Shown here piece after piece: positions 53,385 to 64,000 of a DNA stretch of 64,000 bases. The translations under genes and the position numbers were made by a program. Source of the stretch: an uncultured Clostridia bacterium (lineage in GTDB: Bacteria; Bacillota; Clostridia; Christensenellales; DTU072); contig CALVJA010000006.1 of the NCBI GenBank assembly GCA_944331875.1, positions 1,822 to 65,821 on the forward strand, read 5' to 3'. Under the pieces are notes generated by a model, which worked only from the letters and a program-made list of their open reading frames with translations, had not been told where the DNA came from and ran no database searches. Position 1 is the stretch's first letter. Every line of letters begins with the position of its first letter.

Positions 53385-54915
53385 ATATTTCTCCTTTTTT
53401 CAGTTTTTTTATCCTCTTATATACCGGTCGGAGACGACGGTATATCGGACAATAGACTTTTTCGAATATGCGCGCGTATTTGGCGTGCGCGTCGGGGTCG
53501 GGCTCGAAGGTGCGGCTCACGCGCACCATTTTTTCGATAGCCTCGTCGTAACCGGGATACTCCTTGAGCCCCACGAACGCGCATATCGCCGCGCCCAGTC
53601 CGCTTGTTTCGTAGGTCTGCACCCGTACTACGGGTATACCGAACATATCGGCTGTTATTTTGCACACTTCGTCCGACTGCGCTCCGCCGCCCGATACCGT
53701 TATCTTTTTTATTTTGACGCCGGCGCGCTTTTCCATCGTCTTCAATCCTTCCATCAGCGCGAAGTTTATGCCCTCTATTATCGCGCGGTAAATATGGAAA
53801 ACGGTATGCCGCTCCCTGAACCCCACTATGGCGCCCAGCGCCTCGGTGCGCTTCAGCGACGGCGACCAGTACGGTTCCACCGTCAGCCCGTCCGAGCCCG
53901 GAGGTATCGTTGGCAGCATCCTGTCGAAGTCCTTTTCCGTCAATTCCTCGCCCTGGCGCCTCGCGAATTCGTTCAGGAACCATGTCAGCATCCAATATCC
54001 CCTGTACACTATCGTTTCGGGATTATACCGCCCGGGATAGACCGCGGGGTAGGCGGGAAGAAATTTATCGGGCTCGACGTATCTTTCGGTAGTAAACTGC
54101 ACCGTCGCCGTCGTCCCGAACGATATCGAGGCGGTCTCCCCGTCCACCGCGCCGGTGCCGAGCGTTTCCGAGCCCTTGTCGGAACCGGACGCCACGACGG
54201 GAGTGCCCTCTTTGATCCCCGTTTCCTCCGCCGCGGCGGCGCTCACTTTCCCTATGACGGCGCCCGGCTCCACCAACGGAAACAGTTTGTCGAACCCGAA
54301 ATCGCCGAATACCGGGCGCTGGATGTTATTCCGGGACATCCACCTTTTTTTCCTGTAATTAAAGGGGATATGCCCTATCATCGACGCCACCGAATCGACG
54401 ACCTCGCCCGTGAGCCTGTAATTAAGCCAGGTCGAGCACTGCAGGTATTTATATGTGTTTTTCCATATCTCCGGCTCGTTCTGCTGTATCCATACGCAGC
54501 GGCATTCCCTGGCGTGTTTTTCCGCCGCGTCGCGCATACCGGCGACATTGAAACAGAACCTGGATCGAAGCGGCAGCTTCTTGAAATCGAAGTCCGCTTC
54601 GCGCCGATCGAGCCACAGCAAAGCGGGTCTCAACGGCTTCATGTCCTTATCGACGCAAATACCTACGTCACGCATCGTGGCGACCGTAACTCCTATTACG
54701 GAATCCCAAATATCGGCGTTTCGTTCCTTGAGCGTTTTGCAAGCGGAGCACAGTTTCGCCCAATACAATTCGGCGTGCTGTTCGGCGTAGCCTTTCTGGA
54801 GTGAAAAGTACGGCTCGAATTTTTCCCTAACTTTATCGATGAGCACGCCGTTTTCGTCGAACAGCATCGCCCTTGTGGACTGCGTTCCGGAATCGACGGC
54901 GAGGATCGTTTTCAT
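53377..54915 (-). CDS. FGGY-family carbohydrate kinase
   Basis: I prefer the start at 54915 (MKTILAVDSGTQSTRAMLFD...), which has AGGAGGAT upstream. The tracked 628-aa version adds an Arg-rich, non-coding-like extension. Confidence 0.8.
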   Translation of the reverse strand: MKTILAVDSGTQSTRAMLFDENGVLIDKVREKFEPYFSLQKGYAEQHAELYWAKLCSACKTLKERNADIWDSVIGVTVATMRDVGICVDKDMKPLRPALLWLDRREADFDFKKLPLRSRFCFNVAGMRDAAEKHARECRCVWIQQNEPEIWKNTYKYLQCSTWLNYRLTGEVVDSVASMIGHIPFNYRKKRWMSRNNIQRPVFGDFGFDKLFPLVEPGAVIGKVSAAAAEETGIKEGTPVVASGSDKGSETLGTGAVDGETASISFGTTATVQFTTERYVEPDKFLPAYPAVYPGRYNPETIVYRGYWMLTWFLNEFARRQGEELTEKDFDRMLPTIPPGSDGLTVEPYWSPSLKRTEALGAIVGFRERHTVFHIYRAIIEGINFALMEGLKTMEKRAGVKIKKITVSGGGAQSDEVCKITADMFGIPVVRVQTYETSGLGAAICAFVGLKEYPGYDEAIEKMVRVSRTFEPDPDAHAKYARIFEKVYCPIYRRLRPVYKRIKKLKKGEIYV

Positions 54916-55283
54916 AATGTATCCTCCTTCATGTCTCCGGTGGCGATGAGCGCCGCTCCCGTCCCCAGCACGTTCTCCTCGATGACCTCGCCCGGGGAGT
55001 AGCGCCTGTCCAAAACGAGCGAATTGACGTATTCGGCAAGGCGCGCTATCTCTTTTATCTTCACGTCGCCAGAGGTCCTCACGGGCTCCACGGGGTGGTC
55101 CTTGAACGATGTCGCCGCCGTACCGGTAAAGGTCCTGACGGGGTCTATGATCTCGTCCCGCGCGAATTTGACGCCTTTCGGGCACATATTGCCGCCCACG
55201 TTCAGGGTGCCGTCGGGCGCCGCGTCGACCGTGAGTAAGCAGCCGTTGGGGCATACGATACAAGTCAGAGTCCTTTCGTTCAT
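54912..55283 (-). CDS. DUF1667 domain protein
   Basis: 123 aa. The N-terminus LTCIVCPNGCLLTV and the MCPKG motif are typical of DUF1667, a common partner of GlpA-like oxidoreductases. Confidence 0.75.
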   Translation of the reverse strand: MNERTLTCIVCPNGCLLTVDAAPDGTLNVGGNMCPKGVKFARDEIIDPVRTFTGTAATSFKDHPVEPVRTSGDVKIKEIARLAEYVNSLVLDRRYSPGEVIEENVLGTGAALIATGDMKEDTL

Positions 55284-56509
55284 ACGCCGTCCTCCTCCAG
55301 CACTATCCTGACGGAATCCTCCGCCTCGAAAGAAAAGGGTATCCTGAGCATTTCGGGCGGGCGGACGTTCGTAACGCGCTTCGTTTGTTTTAATTCGCCG
55401 TCCGCATACAGTCTGACGACGGCTTTTTTATAGTATTTCGGCGAACGCATATAAAATATCGTCTTTTCGCCGAGAGCGGAAGCGTCTATATATTGGGGCA
55501 CGACGTATTGCAGCCCCTCCGTTTCCGTTTTGATAAGGTTTCTTTCCCTTCTCTTTCCGACGTCCCTGCCCGCGGTAGCGGCGCTTTCGCTGACGTAGTC
55601 CACAAGGTCGTGCACGTGAAGCGCGTTACCCACGGAATAAAGCCCGGGAACGTCCGCGCTCATCATGTATTGATCGACGTCTATGCCCTTCGTCGCAGGC
55701 GCGGTTTTTAGCCCCAGACTCTCGTGGAGTTCGTTTTCGGGAATAAGTCCCACCGAAACCACCAGAAGGTCGCACGGCACTATCGTCTTTTCGCCTACAG
55801 GCGTCATGTTGTCGTCCACTGCGGAGACCGCGACCGCCTCCACCCTCTTTTGCCCGTAAACGTCGGTGACGGTGTGTTTCAGATGCAGCGGTATCCCGAA
55901 ATCGTCCAGGCACTGCCTCAAATTTCTCTCCAGCCCGCTCGGCGTGCTTTTGGCTTCGTATACCCCGATGACTTCGGCGCCCTCCAGCGTCAGGCGCCTC
56001 GCCATTATGAGCCCGATGTCGCCCGAACCGAGTATCACGACGCGTTTTCCGGGCAGCAGTCCCTTCAGGTTGACGAAATTCTGACATGCTCCCGCGGTAA
56101 GCACTCCCGCCGGGCGCGTCCCGTGTATATCCACCTGCCTCGGGGTACGCTCGCGGCAGCCCGTGGCGAGTATGAGGCTTAAGCTCTCGTCCGAAGCCAT
56201 GCCCGCCCGGGACGTCGTTTCCACCTTGAACCCGTCCGCCGTTTTGGAGATCTTCGTGACGAATGTGCCCGTTTTTATCTCGGCTCCCGCCGCCTTTGCC
56301 GCCGTTAGGGTGCGGTATGCGTATTCGGGTCCGGTCAGCTTCTCGCCGTAGCGTATGACGCCGAAACCGTCGTGTACGCACTGTTTCAATATACCGCCCG
56401 CGCGCGCCTCGCGCTCGATGACAAGGACGGTCTTCCCCGCTTCACGCGCCGCGCGCGCCGCCTCGAGCCCTGCGGGCCCCGCTCCTATCACGATGACGTC
56501 GTATCTCAT
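55280..56509 (-). CDS. NAD(P)/FAD-dependent oxidoreductase (pyridine nucleotide-disulfide family)
   Basis: 409 aa with two dinucleotide-binding motifs (VIVIGAGPAGLEAA and VVILGSGDIGL). Confidence 0.8.
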   Translation of the reverse strand: MRYDVIVIGAGPAGLEAARAAREAGKTVLVIEREARAGGILKQCVHDGFGVIRYGEKLTGPEYAYRTLTAAKAAGAEIKTGTFVTKISKTADGFKVETTSRAGMASDESLSLILATGCRERTPRQVDIHGTRPAGVLTAGACQNFVNLKGLLPGKRVVILGSGDIGLIMARRLTLEGAEVIGVYEAKSTPSGLERNLRQCLDDFGIPLHLKHTVTDVYGQKRVEAVAVSAVDDNMTPVGEKTIVPCDLLVVSVGLIPENELHESLGLKTAPATKGIDVDQYMMSADVPGLYSVGNALHVHDLVDYVSESAATAGRDVGKRRERNLIKTETEGLQYVVPQYIDASALGEKTIFYMRSPKYYKKAVVRLYADGELKQTKRVTNVRPPEMLRIPFSFEAEDSVRIVLEEDGV

Positions 56510-58215
56510 ACGCGCCTCCCCTTTTCGGAATAGGGCGCGACGGCACTGCCCGCTCCTTTTTTTGTCACTTCCTCGGGCGATATGCCCAGTTCTTTAGCTA
56601 TTATATCGACGACCAGCGGCTGACAGAATCCGCCCTGGCATCTGCCCATGCCCGCCCTGACGCGCCTTTTGACGGCGTCGACGGAATCGACTTTCAGGGG
56701 ACTGCGGACGGCGGCCAGGATCTCGCCCTTCGTTATCTGTTCGCAGCGGCACACGACTTCGCCGAAATCGGGATCGGAGCGTATCAGTTCTTCGCGCTCG
56801 GCGGGCGTCATTTCCCTGACGACGGGTATCCCTTTTCTCGTCGGATCGAAATTTTCGTTCGGTATCGCTTCGCCGCCCGATATCATCTTCGCCGCCCACA
56901 GCGCCACGTCCTCCGCTATCGCGGGAGCCGCGGTGACTCCGGGGGATTGAATGCCCGCCGCCTGTATGAAGTTTTTCGTGACGGGGCTGACCTCTACGAT
57001 AAAGTCCTCCTCGTAGGTTGCCGCGCGCGTGCCCGCAAAGTACGTTATGATATCGCTCCTTTTTATCTCGGGAGCGAGCGCGGTCTGCTTTTCGACCACT
57101 TCGTCCAGCTCTTCGCGTGTGGTCGCCTCGTTTTCCCTCTCCGGGCACTCGCGGGCGGAGGGTCCGAGCAAAAGATTGTGGTCGATAGTCACTATGACTC
57201 CGCCGCCCTTGGTGTGCCCCTTGCCGGAGCTTCCCGATATGCTGAACCTTCCGAGGACCGTCTTCGATTTGGGGTACGATTTTTTGTCAAGTACCGCTTC
57301 CACACCGCGCCGGGGGTGGATGGTGAAGTGTCTGTCCCGGGCCATTTCCGCGATCTTATCCGAAAAAACGCCCGCCGCGTTTATTACCACCTTGGGATAA
57401 ATAGTGCCGCGATTGGTAGCTACGGATACTATTTTACCCTCTTTAACTTCCATTCCGGTGACCATGGTATCGACGAAGAGATCCAGCCCGTTTTTAACGG
57501 CGTTTTCCGCAAGCGCCACGCTCATCAGGTACGGGCTCACCGCGCCCGCGGAGGGACACATGAATCCGCCGTAGTTAAATCCCGGCTCCCGGACGTATTC
57601 TTTTGCTTTTTCCCGTGACACGGGATATATCGGTATATCGTTTTTGGAGGCTCTTAGTTTGATAAGGGGATAAACGAGTTTCTGCCAGCGCGCGGTGTAG
57701 AAGACCAGCTGCCCCGTGCGCTCTATCGGCACGTCCAGCTCCCGCGACAAAACATCGTACAGTTTGTTGCCGCGCGTGTTGTATTTGACTTTCCGGCAAT
57801 TCGGTTTCAAGTCTATGCCGGCATGGATCATGCCGTCGTTTCTGGAGGACTGGGCGGTGGCGACGTCGTACTCTTTTTCGACGAGAGCCGCCTTCAGTTT
57901 GTAGCGCGTGAGCTCCCTCGCTATCGCCGTGCCGACTATGCCGCCGCCGATCACCAAAACGTCGGGCGCGTATCCGTCAAGCGAGTCGTCACGGGTATCG
58001 GGACGGCGCACCGGCTCGGGGGAATATCCCCTTAGGGTAATGTCGTTCACGACGCCGCGGGAGCGTTTTTTGTCGACCGCGAGCCTGCCGCATTCCACGA
58101 CGTCGTCCCATGAATCCAGCTCGCCGGTCAGTCTGACTCCGCCGTTAAACTCCTCCGCCCCGACTTCGAATCCGCGCTTTTTCAGGGCGCGTCTCACCCT
58201 CTGTATGTAAGTCAT
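56506..58215 (-). CDS. FAD-dependent glycerol-3-phosphate-dehydrogenase-like oxidoreductase with BFD-type [2Fe-2S] domain and N-terminal extension
   Basis: 569 aa. It contains VLVIGGGIVGTAIAREL, a DAO-type body, and a BFD-like segment (CRCEQITKGEI...GMGRCQGGFC). An ~85-aa N-terminal extension precedes the GxGxxG motif. Confidence 0.8.
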   Translation of the reverse strand: MTYIQRVRRALKKRGFEVGAEEFNGGVRLTGELDSWDDVVECGRLAVDKKRSRGVVNDITLRGYSPEPVRRPDTRDDSLDGYAPDVLVIGGGIVGTAIARELTRYKLKAALVEKEYDVATAQSSRNDGMIHAGIDLKPNCRKVKYNTRGNKLYDVLSRELDVPIERTGQLVFYTARWQKLVYPLIKLRASKNDIPIYPVSREKAKEYVREPGFNYGGFMCPSAGAVSPYLMSVALAENAVKNGLDLFVDTMVTGMEVKEGKIVSVATNRGTIYPKVVINAAGVFSDKIAEMARDRHFTIHPRRGVEAVLDKKSYPKSKTVLGRFSISGSSGKGHTKGGGVIVTIDHNLLLGPSARECPERENEATTREELDEVVEKQTALAPEIKRSDIITYFAGTRAATYEEDFIVEVSPVTKNFIQAAGIQSPGVTAAPAIAEDVALWAAKMISGGEAIPNENFDPTRKGIPVVREMTPAEREELIRSDPDFGEVVCRCEQITKGEILAAVRSPLKVDSVDAVKRRVRAGMGRCQGGFCQPLVVDIIAKELGISPEEVTKKGAGSAVAPYSEKGRRV

Positions 58216-58347
58216 ATATAGATTTTAACACAGTAAAAAAGTATTGTAAAGAGCGAACTTTTCCGCCCGCCGTTTCGCAGAAGGCGTAAAAGAGCGGTAA
58301 AAACTGCCCGGTGCATAATAATTTTAGGCGAATATTCACGCGAATAA

Positions 58348-58376
58348 TTGACTTGAAATATTTTATTAGATATAAT
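58348..58376 (+). promoter_or_regulatory. Consensus sigma-A promoter for PFOR
   Basis: TTGACT (58348-58353), 17-nt spacer, TATAAT (58371-58376). RBS GGAGG is at 58427-58431. Confidence 0.6.
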
Positions 58377-58435
58377 TTCTCTTGATGTTGTTTACATACG
58401 ACAAATACGACAAATAATCCGACTATGGAGGTTAA

Positions 58436-61936
<3,501 letters not shown>

Positions 61937-61955
61937 GCCAATATGTTACAAAAAA

Positions 61956-61983
61956 ACGCGCGCCTTGCGGCGTGCGTTTTTTT
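61956..61983 (+). terminator. Intrinsic terminator after PFOR
   Basis: ACGCGCGCC ttgc GGCGTGCGT (one G-U pair) followed by a T-run to 61983. Confidence 0.75.
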
Positions 61984-61987
61984 GTAA

Positions 61988-62186
61988 GTGAAATAATTCC
62001 TCTCCGAGGAATTGTGAAATAATTTTGCTCCGCAAAATTGTGAAATAAATCGGCATAATATATTTTTATCTTATAATCCACTTTCCGAAATGCCGATTTG
62101 TGAAATAAAATCCGCTAGATGTTTTATCGGTATGCCCGTATAAATAAAAACATCTTCCACACCCAATGTTCCCGTCCGCGGATTTT
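61988..62186 (+). repeat. Hairpin string with GTGAAATA linkers, copy D (candidate structured RNA)
   Basis: The units are GTGAAATA-ATTCCTC tcc GAGGAAT, tGTGAAATA-ATTTTGC tcc GCAAAAT, tGTGAAATA-AATCGGCA..TGCCGATT, and tGTGAAATA-AAATCCGC..GCGGATTT. Confidence 0.55.
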
Positions 62187-62473
62187 GTTGCGGTTTTTAG
62201 ATTTAAGATTTGTTTTTGTATTAAATCGGAGCGAAGCGACCTTTATGCCAAAATTTTTTCTTCACCGACACTATACTTCCTAATGGACTAAAATAATAAA
62301 CCGCATAACAACACCGCGCTCGCGCGGTGACTCGCCGAAAGAAATTCAACCAAGTATTAAAGGAATTTCTTTCGGCGAAAAAGGCGCCGGGAAGCGTAAG
62401 ATTGGGGCACACCCTCGACTTTATGTTTATTTATTAGTGGAGTGTCGCGTTGTAAGCCAATACCTCGCTGAAC

Positions 62474-62513
62474 TCATTTAAGTGCCACAAGCCAAAAGCT
62501 TCCGACGGCGCCG
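62474..62513 (+). repeat. 40-nt block identical to 43933-43972
   Basis: Same 40-mer as in island B. Here it precedes the P-type block instead of following it. Confidence 0.85.
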
Positions 62514-62514
62514 C

Positions 62515-62617
62515 AAGACCCTTCGGGTATTAGCGGCACCGCCTTTCTTCGTCTGTATCCGAGATTCATCACCGTATCACAGCAAAATTTTAGCTTCACC
62601 GACACTATACTTTCTAA
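62515..62617 (+). repeat. P element partial copy P-D (right half only)
   Basis: It is about 95 percent identical by eye to 43797-43900. It contains CCC ttc GGG TATTA GCGG ca CCGC and AAAATTTTAGCTTCACCGACAC. No left arm is present. A second right-arm-like copy lies at 62248-62285. Confidence 0.6.
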
Positions 62618-62689
62618 CAGGCTTTTCGGAAAAAGTTTGATAAGCAGTCAGTGGCGGTGAAAAATATTTTCCCGCCGAATTTACACTCT

Positions 62690-62865
62690 TACATAGTGTT
62701 TTCTTTGTCCTAGGTGTTTAGCGGCTGTCGGGGATGAATTTACGGATGATTTTTTGCGAAACGAGGACAGCGTGTATACCATACTCGCCGACGAAGTTTC
62801 GCAAAAAAGCGCCGTAAAGGCGCCCCGACAGGCGAAAAAAATTCGGCACTCTATCACAACCTTAT
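62690..62865 (+). repeat. Degenerate S element copy S-k
   Basis: P1 is TTTTTTGCGAAAC (62750-62762) / GTTTCGCAAAAAA (62796-62808), a perfect 13 bp. A P3-like GCGTGTAT acc ATACTCGC is present. The P2 hairpin is absent, and GCGCC gtaaa GGCGC replaces the GCGGTAAAGCGGTGG block. Confidence 0.5.
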
Positions 62866-62901
62866 AAAAAAAGCGCATATGGAGCATACAGTCCATATGC
62901 G
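62866..62901 (-). terminator. Intrinsic terminator after mnmG (T-element-like but without TIRs)
   Basis: The minus strand reads CGCATATGG actgtatgct CCATATGCG followed by a T-run. It is followed on the minus strand (preceded on plus) by the conserved CCTTATAAAAAAA context seen in T elements. Confidence 0.7.
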
Positions 62902-62929
62902 TACATACTCCTAAGGACTACCTTTCTTT

Positions 62930-64000
62930 TTATTTATTTGTGCCGAATTTTTTTAAGTATATGAGGAGGACGGTAATATCTGCCGAATTAACCCCGCTGA
63001 TACGCGACGCCTGACCTACGGTCATCGGGCGGACGGCGACGAGTTTTTCGCGCGCCTCTATCCTTAGTCCCCCCACCGCGGAATAATCGATATCTTCGGG
63101 TATTTTTGTGCCGTTCAGCCTTGCCTCTTCGCGGACGCGTTTTTCTTCTTTTTCGAGGTAGCCCGCATACTTTATATCGATTACGGCGGTAACGACAGAT
63201 TCCGTCATGAACCGTTCGAGTTCGGGTGCAAGCAATAATATTTGTTCGATTTTGACTCCCATTTTTATGAGTTCGGTCGCCGAAAACGAGGTTTTTTGAG
63301 AATCGCCCGGATTTATCCCCGCGCCCGAAACTACATCCGAAGTAAAGCGGAGAGCGGGAAGCAGCGCTTTGATTTCGGCGATTTCCTCTTTCTTTTTTAG
63401 GTATTTGACGTAACGCTTCTCGTCCGACATGCCGACGGAGTGCGCGAGGTCCATGAGGCGAATATCGGCGTTGTCCTGCCTCAGACGCAGTCTGTACTCC
63501 GCTCTCGAGGTCATCATCCGGTACGGCTCTTCAGTCCCTTTCGTCACGAGGTCGTCTATCAACACGCCTGTATACGCCGCGCCGCGCGTAAGGACGACGG
63601 GTTCCGCGCCGTCAAGGTATCTAGCGGCGTTTATGCCGGCAATGAGCCCCTGCGCCGCCGCTTCCTCGTATCCGGAGGAGCCGTTTATCTGCCCTGCTGC
63701 GTAAAGTCCGCTGAAGCCTTTGACTCCCAATGCGGCGTTTAAGCATTTCGGGTCCATGCAGTCGTATTCTATAGCATAGCCGTAGCGCGTTATCTTTGCG
63801 TGCGTAAGCCCTTTTACGGTGTGGAGCATCTGCTCCTGGACGTCGAACGGGAGCGACGTGGACATTCCCTGGATATACATTTCGCGCGTGTCGGTGCCCT
63901 CGGGCTCGACGAATATCTGGTGGCGCTCCTTGTCTTTGAAGCGCACGACTTTGGTTTCGATGGACGGGCAATACCGCGGCCCTATCCCGCTTATGTTGCC
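62930..64000 (-). CDS. mnmG: tRNA uridine 5-carboxymethylaminomethyl modification enzyme MnmG, partial (N-terminus beyond window end)
   Basis: The tracked ORF begins at an internal Met (63946), and the frame remains open to 64000. The C-terminal half matches GidA/MnmG (HQIFVEPEG, STSLPFDVQ, GYLEKEEK). Confidence 0.9.
   Translation of the reverse strand, partial: GNISGIGPRYCPSIETKVVRFKDKERHQIFVEPEGTDTREMYIQGMSTSLPFDVQEQMLHTVKGLTHAKITRYGYAIEYDCMDPKCLNAALGVKGFSGLYAAGQINGSSGYEEAAAQGLIAGINAARYLDGAEPVVLTRGAAYTGVLIDDLVTKGTEEPYRMMTSRAEYRLRLRQDNADIRLMDLAHSVGMSDEKRYVKYLKKKEEIAEIKALLPALRFTSDVVSGAGINPGDSQKTSFSATELIKMGVKIEQILLLAPELERFMTESVVTAVIDIKYAGYLEKEEKRVREEARLNGTKIPEDIDYSAVGGLRIEAREKLVAVRPMTVGQASRISGVNSADITVLLIYLKKFGTNK

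Noticed and set aside
61988-62186. TTGTGAAATAA linkers interpreted as Rex operators (half of TTGTGAA-N4-TTCACAA), given that rex is in the window.
   Set aside because: Only direct-orientation half-sites occur, and no complementary TTCACAA lies at the right spacing. The array is downstream of a terminator and not upstream of any gene. The resemblance is noted but there is no support for an operator.

Overview
This is a 64-kb chromosomal segment from a GC-rich, strictly anaerobic Firmicute. Gene content and order look Clostridia / Ruminococcaceae-Oscillospirales-like, but the taxon is inference only. I support 49 protein-coding genes, two of them partial at the window edges. Nearly all are housekeeping fermentative, redox and carbohydrate metabolism. 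In order they are: split transketolase; GH38 alpha-mannosidase; potABCD with an XRE-cupin regulator; a rex-adhE-kinase-ferredoxin-hydS-PP2C-phosphoesterase-hydA block (putative H2/redox-sensing unit); a cysteine-synthase-like gene with two membrane proteins; an aconitase-X (DUF521/DUF126) pair; gcvT-H-PA-PB; ychF; a SigH-like sigma factor; rlmB; mrnC; nfnAB; a BMP-type ABC transporter; PfkB kinase + GH4; GH29 fucosidase; a tightly packed 7-gene operon (GlpA-like FAD dehydrogenase trio, FGGY kinase, alkyl-DHAP-synthase-like FAD oxidase, lipase-like hydrolase, S51 peptidase); PFOR; and mnmG. I recognised no rRNA, tRNA, CRISPR array, transposase, integrase or phage genes. The most unusual content is non-coding. 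Four AT-rich, ORF-free islands (35979-37486, 42598-44383, 48190-49539, 61937-62929), three of them between convergent genes, are built from a shared kit of repeat modules in both orientations. (T) is a ~135-bp TIR-bounded element carrying an intrinsic terminator; it docks on, and sometimes supplies, the stop codon of the neighbouring gene. (S) is a ~190-270-nt element with a three-stem fold supported by compensatory changes between copies. (P) is a long-stem element with two small covarying hairpins. The fourth module is a string of four hairpins, each preceded by UGUGAAAUA. I could not match these to any RNA or repeat family I know. They are the best candidate here for something undescribed, but sequence alone cannot decide between mobile DNA and structured RNA.
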